11,637 bases of DNA from Fibrobacterota bacterium (GTDB taxonomy: Bacteria; Fibrobacterota; Fibrobacteria; UBA11236), in contig JAYUVP010000018.1 of NCBI GenBank assembly GCA_043753995.1, forward strand, positions 1 to 11,637, read 5' to 3'. The position numbers and the translations under genes were made by a program. Position 1 is the stretch's first letter, and the number at the start of each line of letters is the position of its first letter. The notes beneath the pieces were generated by a model. That model was not told where the DNA came from. It saw only the letters and a program-made list of their open reading frames with translations, and did not search any database. This document shows, piece after piece, positions 1-6,721 of this stretch.

Positions 1-1770
1 CCTAAAGCGCCGGAAGTCTATTTGACCGGAGAATTGGTCCGTAGCGTCGAGCATGAAGGCCGGCTTTATTCCCATCTCCTGGACTCGGGTAAAAAGGCCA
101 TGGCCTTAGGAGCAGCCCTGCTTCTAATCGCCTTTATTCGCTTGCCCCTCGGTGCCATGCTCGCCATCATTCCCATCGCTGCGGCGCTCATTTGGACCTT
201 GGCCCTCGCCAGCATGATATGGGGCCACCTAAGCTTGATTTCGGCTCCCTTGAGCCTTTTGCTTAGCGGCCTTGGTCTAGATGGCGCGATCAAATTATTG
301 GACCGATATCGCGAAGAGAGACGCAAGCATCTCAGCGCACCCGTTGCTTTTGAAACCCTGGTTCTCGAAACTGGACCTGCCATTTTGACTGGCATGTTGG
401 TGCTTGGAGCGGTTTTTCTGAGCCTAGCCTTAACCGACTTCAAGGGCTTTGCCGAATTCGGGCTCTTCGCCGGCATCGGTACCCTTTGCATCGTCGCCGC
501 GGTTCTCCTTGTTTTTCCCTGCTTGCTCATGGTGGTGGAACCCCTGGGAATTTTGCATGCCTTTGGTAAGCGCTTGTTTAATTTCGATCGCTTTCAAAGC
601 AAGCCCTTTACTGCATGGCCTTGGTTTGCTGCCGCTGTCGTGGCATTGACCTTTGTATCGGTGATGGTGCAGCCACAAGCCCGGTTTGAATCACGACTGG
701 ATCGTTTAGGCTATCCATCCTATGATCGTGTTGCGGACAGCTTGCTAAAAATATCAGGGGAGGCCATTGGCGATCCGGCCTTTTTCCTAACCTCTACCTT
801 GGAGGGGTCTCGTAGCCTTGCCAATCAGGTACGTCAGCGTAAAGCGTTAGATACACTTTCGCCGACCTTAGCCGACATCACCACATTGGAAGATCTGCTG
901 CCAGCTCAGCAAGAGGAAAAGCTGGCCATTATTCGCCGCCTGCGAAAAACAATCACACCCGATTTGATTTCCTCGGCCCCCGAGCCCTTGAAAAGCAATT
1001 TGAAAAAATTGGATTCCAATTGGCCCACCCAACCTCTATCCGTTGCGGACTTACCAGCCAGTTATCAAAGCAAATTCATTGGCCGAGGCACCACCAGCGG
1101 GTATTTCACCTTCGTTTTTCCATTGATGACAACGGACTCCAGCATGAATCAGGCGGCATTTGCCGAGGACTTGCGGGGATTCGCCGTGGATGGGCATGAA
1201 ATTCATGCCTCAGGGCGAGCCGTGGTTTATGCCGACATGGTGGGGCTTTTGATTCCTGACACGCGTAAGGTGGCCCTAGGCGCCTTTCTCACCTTACTCC
1301 TGTTTCTATTTATCGATGTGCGAAGCTTACGCATGACCATGTTGCTTATCATGCCCGTTTTATTGGGAATGTTATGGACTTTAGCCGTACTTTCACTGCT
1401 CGACATTCGTCTTAATCATTTCAATTTGTTGGCGTTCCCTGCCGTCATCGCCATGTCTCTTTCCAGTTCGCTTTACCTTTATCACCGGTATCTTGAAGAA
1501 GGCCGAGGGTCTTTACGTTTTGTGATGCAACGGTGTGGCCAGCCCCTCATCCTGACTACCATAGTAGGGATGGCGACATTCGCGGCCTTGCCATTTTCCC
1601 AGCATGAAGGTTTGCGTTCCTTGGGGCTAACTGCCCTTTGGGGTTTATTTCTCGCCCAAGCCGCGACCTTTTTATTCGTCCCGGCCTTTATTGGCTTCCT
1701 GGAAACCAGACCGAAACCCCACAAAACCCAGGATTCCCCGACTGATTTATTTGTCTCGTCACCCCCTTGA
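1..1770 (+). CDS. MMPL/RND-superfamily membrane transporter (HpnN/MmpL-like), 5'-truncated
   Basis: Frame 1 is open from base 1 (PKAPEVYLTGE...), so the TTG at 22 is probably internal. Two hydrophobic TM bundles are separated by a large soluble loop. RND/MMPL internal-repeat motifs are present: 'YLTGE'/'HASGRAVVYAD', 'GLGLDGAIKLLDRYREE'/'AMSLSSSLYLYHRYLEE', 'FLSLALTDFKGFAEFG'/'FAALPFSQHEGLRSLG'. Stop TGA at 1768-1770. Confidence 0.88.
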   Translation, partial: PKAPEVYLTGELVRSVEHEGRLYSHLLDSGKKAMALGAALLLIAFIRLPLGAMLAIIPIAAALIWTLALASMIWGHLSLISAPLSLLLSGLGLDGAIKLLDRYREERRKHLSAPVAFETLVLETGPAILTGMLVLGAVFLSLALTDFKGFAEFGLFAGIGTLCIVAAVLLVFPCLLMVVEPLGILHAFGKRLFNFDRFQSKPFTAWPWFAAAVVALTFVSVMVQPQARFESRLDRLGYPSYDRVADSLLKISGEAIGDPAFFLTSTLEGSRSLANQVRQRKALDTLSPTLADITTLEDLLPAQQEEKLAIIRRLRKTITPDLISSAPEPLKSNLKKLDSNWPTQPLSVADLPASYQSKFIGRGTTSGYFTFVFPLMTTDSSMNQAAFAEDLRGFAVDGHEIHASGRAVVYADMVGLLIPDTRKVALGAFLTLLLFLFIDVRSLRMTMLLIMPVLLGMLWTLAVLSLLDIRLNHFNLLAFPAVIAMSLSSSLYLYHRYLEEGRGSLRFVMQRCGQPLILTTIVGMATFAALPFSQHEGLRSLGLTALWGLFLAQAATFLFVPAFIGFLETRPKPHKTQDSPTDLFVSSPP

Positions 1771-1782
1771 AGTTGGATTCGA

Positions 1783-1790
1783 GCTATAAT
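1783..1790 (+). promoter_or_regulatory. Candidate sigma70-type -10 element (GCTATAAT) for the small membrane protein gene
   Basis: Perfect TATAAT at 1785-1790 in the 51-bp intergenic gap, about 30 nt upstream of the ORF. No correctly spaced -35 box found. Confidence 0.35.
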
Positions 1791-1821
1791 CCAAGCCAGA
1801 GCCCTCAGCGAAAGGTTTTCC

Positions 1822-2262
1822 TTGGAAACCGAAATCATGCGCGCCGATCCCCTTTATCGGCGAAAACTTTTCCTGACCTATTTCCTGACAATTGTGATAC
1901 TTGTTTCTATTCCACTTCTTTTTGGTCCTGACGCGAAGAATTACATCATGAGTCTTCGAGGTCGTCCCTTTTTGGTCGCTTTGGAAAGTCTCGGAGTCGG
2001 ATTCCTCTTGTTTTTCATTCCTCCGTCCCTATACCTAATCCACACAGGAAGTCGCATCCTGAAAGAGGGGCGCATGCCCCATTCTCGCATGCGCGCCTTA
2101 TACGACACCCCCATACTGCGCGGCAAAAAGGCAATCCTTCGGGGGAAAAGCCTGCTTTGGTTAGGTCGATTTTGTGTCCTAGCCGTCATTCTTGGCAGCC
2201 TGGCCACCCATTTCATTTTCTATAAATTCAAAACGGACCCTGGCTTCTTTTTGCGACATTGA
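1822..2262 (+). CDS. Hypothetical integral membrane protein (about 3 TM helices)
   Basis: 146-aa ORF filling the gap between genes. AAAGG lies 6 nt upstream of the TTG at 1822 (alternative ATG at 1837). Three hydrophobic segments flank a basic loop 'GRMPHSRMRALYDTPILRGKKAILRG'. Confidence 0.75.
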   Translation: METEIMRADPLYRRKLFLTYFLTIVILVSIPLLFGPDAKNYIMSLRGRPFLVALESLGVGFLLFFIPPSLYLIHTGSRILKEGRMPHSRMRALYDTPILRGKKAILRGKSLLWLGRFCVLAVILGSLATHFIFYKFKTDPGFFLRH

Positions 2263-2278
2263 CAACTCAAGCCACTTT

Positions 2279-2295
2279 ATGCCTGTATTAGGCAT
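2279..2295. promoter_or_regulatory. Inverted repeat ATGCCT-N5-AGGCAT, candidate enhancer (UAS) for a sigma54 activator
   Basis: Perfect 6-bp palindromic arms, centred about 105 bp upstream of the predicted sigma54 start (~2392). An AT-rich tract lies between it and the promoter. Confidence 0.45.
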
Positions 2296-2327
2296 TTTAT
2301 AACACTAATTATCATTATAACGAATTT

Positions 2328-2342
2328 CCTAAACTATTTAGG
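2328..2342. promoter_or_regulatory. Inverted repeat CCTAAA-CTA-TTTAGG, candidate second regulator site
   Basis: Perfect 6-bp arms with a 3-nt spacer. Shares the CCT...AGG ends with the upstream palindrome. Confidence 0.3.
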
Positions 2343-2365
2343 TCAAAAAAAGCCAGAACACCTTA

Positions 2366-2380
2366 TGGTATAGCCCTTGC
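2366..2380 (+). promoter_or_regulatory. Sigma54 (RpoN) -24/-12 promoter of the guanidine operon
   Basis: TGGTATAGCCCTTGC has GG (2367-2368) and GC (2379-2380) separated by exactly 10 nt and fits TGGYAYR-N4-TTGC. Predicted TSS ~2392, just upstream of the SD AAGGAG (2407-2412) and ATG 2418. Confidence 0.7.
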
Positions 2381-2417
2381 GCACTGGAATTGGCAAACCT
2401 TTCGCCAAGGAGCGTTC

Positions 2418-3461
2418 ATGTCCATCGCTGTTTTAGGGTCTCTAAATTCACGACTTCGATTTTCAGCGGGCATGAAGCGCTTGCTTGCTCATCGCCTTTC
2501 GATTTTTCTCGTAACTTCGACGCTTTTCTCCGCATCGCCCAGCTTTGCGGGACCCAAGTCCTTGAAAATCGCCTATAGCGATTGGCCTGGCTGGGTGGCC
2601 TGGGATATTGCTGCTCAAAAGGGCTGGTTCAAAGAAGCGGGTGTCGATGTCGAGCTGGTTTGGTTCGACTACGTGCCCTCCATGGATGCTTTCGCTGCAG
2701 GTAAGGTGGATGCTGTTTGCATGACCAATGGCGACGCCTTGGTGACCGGTGCCAATGGCAAAGCCTCGAAGGGCATTTTGTTGAATGATTTCAGTGATGG
2801 CAATGACATGATTGTAGCGAAGCCGGGCATCGCCTCTATCAAAGACTTAAAAGGCAAATCCGTGGGCGTGGAAGTCGGGTTTGTCGACCATTTATTACTG
2901 CTCAAAGGCTTGGAGGCCAATGGCCTCAAGGAAAGCGATGTGACCCTGGTGAATATGCCAACGGGCCAAACAGCTCAAGGCTTGGCCTCGGGTTCAGTCG
3001 CGGCCATTGCCGCTTGGCAACCCAATTCGGGGCAGGCTCTCAAAGAAGTCGCAGGTTCCAAAGCTATCTATACCAGCGCTGACGCTCCTGGTCTCATTTA
3101 TGATTTGCTCTATGTCAGCCCAGAAAGCTTGGCCAAAAATCGCGCCGATTGGAAAAAGGTCGTGTCGGTCTGGTACAAGGTGGTCGACTTTATTCAAGAC
3201 AATAAAAACAAAGCCGAATACCTGAAAATCATGTCAGCAAGAGTTGGCCTCAAACCCGAAGAGTATGAGCCCATGATGAAAGGGACTCATTTCCTGGGCA
3301 AAAAAGAAACGCTAGAGCGTTTTGCGAATAAGGAAGGACTGGCTTCCGTGTATGGGTCCTCCAAGGTCGTGGATGCTTTCAATGTGAAATACGGTGTCTA
3401 CAAGAAGGCCCAGGATATCTCCGCCTATCTCGATCCCTCTTTGGCCCTCGACTCCAAATAA
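2418..3461 (+). CDS. ABC transporter periplasmic substrate-binding protein, NMT1/SsuA/TauA-like, probably guanidine-binding
   Basis: 347 aa with SD AAGGAG 5 nt before the ATG. Signal peptide ends '...SPSFA/G' (alternative start at 2472, MKRLLAH...). Motifs '[12 protein letters not shown]', '[11 protein letters not shown]', '[14 protein letters not shown]' and 'PGLIYDLL' are typical of urea-carboxylase-associated SBPs. Substrate inferred from the operon. Confidence 0.88.
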   Translation: MSIAVLGSLNSRLRFSAGMKRLLAHRLSIFLVTSTLFSASPSFAGPKSLKIAYSDWPGWVAWDIAAQKGWFKEAGVDVELVWFDYVPSMDAFAAGKVDAVCMTNGDALVTGANGKASKGILLNDFSDGNDMIVAKPGIASIKDLKGKSVGVEVGFVDHLLLLKGLEANGLKESDVTLVNMPTGQTAQGLASGSVAAIAAWQPNSGQALKEVAGSKAIYTSADAPGLIYDLLYVSPESLAKNRADWKKVVSVWYKVVDFIQDNKNKAEYLKIMSARVGLKPEEYEPMMKGTHFLGKKETLERFANKEGLASVYGSSKVVDAFNVKYGVYKKAQDISAYLDPSLALDSK

Positions 3462-3473
3462 GGTTTCCAAAAC

Positions 3474-4409
3474 GTGACCCCATTCCTTCAAGGCCGGGCC
3501 CAGAATATGGGCCTGGGTCTGGGTTCGTTTTTGCTTCCTCTTCTTATTTGGAGCGCAGTCAGTTATTTGCCATTTCTTTGGCATCCCGTGATTCGCATAA
3601 CCGATGCGGGGGCGGTCGATTATTTCATGGTGGGAATGTCCGTGGATCGCGAGGTTTTCTCGGAAGAAAATGCCAAGCTCGCGGCCATCGGCAAACCCTT
3701 AGCCAAGGGGAGGCGTGAAAATCCCGTCTACCTGCCTGCGCCGCATTTAGTGGCCAAAGCCCTATACACAGCCTTCAAAACGCCTCCTCGATTATCTGGC
3801 GATCCCTGGTTGCACGAAAGCTTGGGTCATAGCATTCGCATCATTTTTTACGGATTCGCCCTCTCGTGCCTCTTCGGAGTTCCTTTAGGCTTGCTATGCG
3901 GCAGTTGGCCCGTCGCCTCCCGCCTTTTCGAGCCCTTCATCGACTTTATCCGCTATATGCCTGCCCCGGCCTTCGGCGCTCTAGCGGTGGCCATCCTCGG
4001 CATCGCGGACGCGCCCAAGGTGGCCATCATTTTCATCGGAACCTTTTTTCAAATGGTTTTGGTCATCGGAAATACCGCCCGTAATTTGCCGAGGGCTTTG
4101 GTTCAAGCGGCCCAAACCCTGGGAGCGAGTCGCCGGCAAATCATATTGCACGTGGTTTTGCCAGGAATATTGCCGCAACTCTATCGCGATTTACGAATCT
4201 TACTGGGATGGGCCTGGACTTATCTGATTGTTGCCGAATTGATTGGTGCCAGCTCGGGAATCAGTTTTTTCATCAATCAGCAAGCAAAATACCGCAATTA
4301 TGAAAATGTATTCGCGGCTATTATCCTCATCGGCTGCATAGGACTGGGCACAGATTTGATTCTCAAGATAGTGGGACGCAAAATCTTTCCCTGGGAGCCG
4401 GCGCGATGA
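3474..4409 (+). CDS. NitT/TauT-family ABC transporter permease
   Basis: 311 aa, GTG start. 'YLPAPHLV', 'EPFIDFIRYMPAPAF', EAA-loop variant 'LVQAAQTLGASRRQII', 'GWAWTYLIVAELIGASSG'. ATGA overlap with the next gene. Confidence 0.92.
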   Translation: MTPFLQGRAQNMGLGLGSFLLPLLIWSAVSYLPFLWHPVIRITDAGAVDYFMVGMSVDREVFSEENAKLAAIGKPLAKGRRENPVYLPAPHLVAKALYTAFKTPPRLSGDPWLHESLGHSIRIIFYGFALSCLFGVPLGLLCGSWPVASRLFEPFIDFIRYMPAPAFGALAVAILGIADAPKVAIIFIGTFFQMVLVIGNTARNLPRALVQAAQTLGASRRQIILHVVLPGILPQLYRDLRILLGWAWTYLIVAELIGASSGISFFINQQAKYRNYENVFAAIILIGCIGLGTDLILKIVGRKIFPWEPAR

Positions 4410-5308
4410 ATACTCCGGTCTTAAAACTTCCCGACTATCGCGATTTGCCACCGGAGGTAGTCACCAGGTGCGCCCGCATTGATGCACGGGAAGTCGCTTT
4501 GGAAGTGATAGACTTAGACAAGCGATTTGGCATTCCCGGTCAGGAAACCGAAGTCCTACGCAAGGTCTCGTTTCAGGTGAGGCGACGCGAATTCCTTTGC
4601 GTGCTGGGCGCATCGGGTTGCGGCAAGTCTACTCTGATTCGCATCCTCGGCGGCTTGGAAAAATGCAGTGGCGGGATAATTCGAGTGAAGGGCCGCGAAG
4701 TCGATGGTGCTGACGCCGATCGTGGCATGGTCTTTCAGGAGTATTCGCTTTTTCCGTGGTTGACCTTGCAGCAAAACGTCATGTTTGGCCCCCGCATGAC
4801 GGGCAAGCGCCAGGGCGATGCCGCAGCCGAAGCCTTGCAATGGTTGGAAATGATTGGACTCGAAAAACGGGCCAAGGCCTATCCTCACCAAGTCTCCGGA
4901 GGCATGAAACAGCGCGTCGCCATCGCCCGGGCCCTCGCCAATTATCCCGGCATTTTACTGATGGACGAACCTTTCGGTGCCCTAGACGCACAAACCCGCA
5001 TGCAAATGCAGGACCATTTGCTTCAGATTTGGCGCAATGTTGACGTGACCGTGGTTTTCATCACCCATGACTTGGAAGAAGCCATTTATTTGGCCGACCG
5101 CATCCTGGTTTTGGACGCCCATCCAGGCAGGGTCAAGGAAATCGTCACCGTGCCATTGGAGCGGCCGCGGCGCCGCGATATGCTGCTCTCACCCTATTTT
5201 TTAGCGACACGGCAAAGGCTAGAAGAGTTGATTCACCAAGGTAGCGGCGAAGAAAAAGAGGCTTTGCCGATGATCAAAATGACCCAAGCGGGAGATGAAG
5301 TGGAATGA
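4406..5308 (+). CDS. NitT/TauT-family ABC transporter ATP-binding protein
   Basis: Walker A GASGCGKST, Q-loop MVFQEY, signature VSGGMKQR, Walker B/D-loop LLMDEPFGALD, H-loop ITHD. ATGA overlaps at both ends (4406-4409 and 5305-5308). Confidence 0.95.
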   Translation: MNTPVLKLPDYRDLPPEVVTRCARIDAREVALEVIDLDKRFGIPGQETEVLRKVSFQVRRREFLCVLGASGCGKSTLIRILGGLEKCSGGIIRVKGREVDGADADRGMVFQEYSLFPWLTLQQNVMFGPRMTGKRQGDAAAEALQWLEMIGLEKRAKAYPHQVSGGMKQRVAIARALANYPGILLMDEPFGALDAQTRMQMQDHLLQIWRNVDVTVVFITHDLEEAIYLADRILVLDAHPGRVKEIVTVPLERPRRRDMLLSPYFLATRQRLEELIHQGSGEEKEALPMIKMTQAGDEVE

Positions 5309-6048
5309 AACATCCATCGGAAACGGCCGATCCGCAACTCTTGCAGGCTGACACCTTACGCGGTGGAGCTATGCACTCGGTTGTCTTGAAGCGCGGGCAA
5401 ACCCTCAGGCTGATTTCACTGGCGGCGAATACCAATGTTTCGGCTTTATTTTTCAATGCCGAGGACTTGCTCGAACGCTACAATATGCCGGACACATTGA
5501 AGGCCCAGCACACCGCTCATCTCACCCGTGGGCATGTGCTTTATTCCGACATGGGGCGCATTTTGATTAGCCTCGCCGAAGACACATGCGGCTGGCATGA
5601 CACCTTAGGGGGTACCACCCATGCCGGTATGACCCAGGCTAGATATGGGGCATCGAATTATCAAAAGGATCGCAATTCCATGCATCGCAATGGCCGCGAT
5701 AATTTCCTGATCGAGATGGGTAAATATGGCCTCGGCAAACGCGACCTAGGCCCCAATGTGAATTTTTTCTCAAAGGTGACGGTAGATAAAAACGGGGATA
5801 TGCTCTTTGTCGATGGTCATGCCGCTCCCGGGCAATTCGTCGACTTGCGCGCGGAAATGCAGGTTTTGGTCCTACTCTCGAATACGCCACACCCTCTCGA
5901 CTCTACTACCACCTACTCACCGTCCCCCGTGGGTTGGCAATTGCGCGCCAGCGGTGTAGCCGGAACCTTGGATATTTGCCGCCTGGCTTGCCCCGAAAAT
6001 GGCCGGGGATACCAAAATACCGAAGCCTATTTTCTAGGAAAGGATTAG
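5305..6048 (+). CDS. cgdA: Carboxyguanidine deiminase subunit A (urea carboxylase-associated protein, DUF1989)
   Basis: '[29 protein letters not shown]', '[11 protein letters not shown]', '[16 protein letters not shown]' and 'SNTPHPLD' match the first of the two DUF1989 paralogues found upstream of urea carboxylase. Confidence 0.88.
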   Translation: MKHPSETADPQLLQADTLRGGAMHSVVLKRGQTLRLISLAANTNVSALFFNAEDLLERYNMPDTLKAQHTAHLTRGHVLYSDMGRILISLAEDTCGWHDTLGGTTHAGMTQARYGASNYQKDRNSMHRNGRDNFLIEMGKYGLGKRDLGPNVNFFSKVTVDKNGDMLFVDGHAAPGQFVDLRAEMQVLVLLSNTPHPLDSTTTYSPSPVGWQLRASGVAGTLDICRLACPENGRGYQNTEAYFLGKD

Positions 6049-6059
6049 CCGGAAATCCC

Positions 6060-6713
6060 ATGCCTTTACTCAACTATGTCGAAAGCCCGCGTGATTTACT
6101 AAAAGCCTGCCATGACGAAATCATTCCCGCCGGGCTAGGCTGGATGTACACCCTGGAAAAAGGGCAATTCTTCCGTATACTCGATCTCGAAGGCAATCAA
6201 GCCGTAGACACTTTGTTTTACAATGCCGACAACCCTTCCGATCGCTATAGCGCCATCGACACGATGCGCGCCCAAAGAAATATTTTCCTGACCACCGGAA
6301 GTCGCTTGCTTTCCCAAGACGGTCACGAACTCCTTCGGATTGTCGCCGATACCTGTGGTCGCCATGATACCCTGGGAGGAGCCTGTTCTGCCGAAAGCAA
6401 TACCGTGCGCTATGCCCTGGATAAAAAACACATGCACAGTTGTCGCGACAGCTTTTTACTCACCTTGTCCGAAACCGATGGCCGCTATACCAAGCGAGAT
6501 TTGACAGCAAATATCAATTTCTTCATGAATGTGCCAGTCACTCCCGACGGATACCTCACTTTTACCGATGGCGTTTCCGGTGCTGGAAAATACGTCGAGA
6601 TGGAAGCCATGATGCGCGTCACGGTTCTCATCAGCAATTGCCCCCAACTCAATAACCCTTGCAATGCCTATAATCCTACCCCCATACGCGTATCGGTGTG
6701 GAATCCCACTTAG
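6060..6713 (+). CDS. cgdB: Carboxyguanidine deiminase subunit B (urea carboxylase-associated protein, DUF1989)
   Basis: Start placed at ATG 6060 (217 aa), 11 nt after the cgdA stop. '[13 protein letters not shown]', '[13 protein letters not shown]', 'HSCRD', '[10 protein letters not shown]' and '[17 protein letters not shown]' are characteristic of the second paralogue. Confidence 0.9.
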   Translation: MPLLNYVESPRDLLKACHDEIIPAGLGWMYTLEKGQFFRILDLEGNQAVDTLFYNADNPSDRYSAIDTMRAQRNIFLTTGSRLLSQDGHELLRIVADTCGRHDTLGGACSAESNTVRYALDKKHMHSCRDSFLLTLSETDGRYTKRDLTANINFFMNVPVTPDGYLTFTDGVSGAGKYVEMEAMMRVTVLISNCPQLNNPCNAYNPTPIRVSVWNPT

Positions 6714-6721
6714 GCCCAGCC

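Noticed and set aside
22..24. TTG at 22 as the start of the MMPL gene
   Set aside because: The frame is open to base 1 and the first TM and periplasmic domain are missing, so the real start is upstream of the window.
2390..2408. TTGGC...GCCAA hairpin as an ANTAR (NasT/AmiR) target
   Set aside because: ANTAR sites are paired hairpins with 6-nt loops next to a terminator. This is a single hairpin with a 9-nt loop and no terminator.
2431..2460. TTTAGGGTCTCTAAA hairpin and a nearby ACGA as a possible guanidine-I or -II riboswitch
   Set aside because: TAGGGT is not followed by TCCG, the 3' AAAAGCCCGG element is missing, and the ACGA is not in a stem-loop and has no twin.
4892..4915. ABC signature VSGGMKQR instead of LSGG
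   Set aside because: A conservative substitution with all other ATPase motifs intact, so no sign of inactivation.
5934..6059. 42-aa N-terminal extension of CgdB in the ORF track
   Set aside because: It overlaps the cgdA C-terminus out of frame and has no family-like sequence. ATG 6060 gives a normal-length protein.
6698..6721. GTG start for the carboxylase
   Set aside because: It overlaps cgdB. ATG 6722 gives the canonical MFxKVLIANRGEIA N-terminus.
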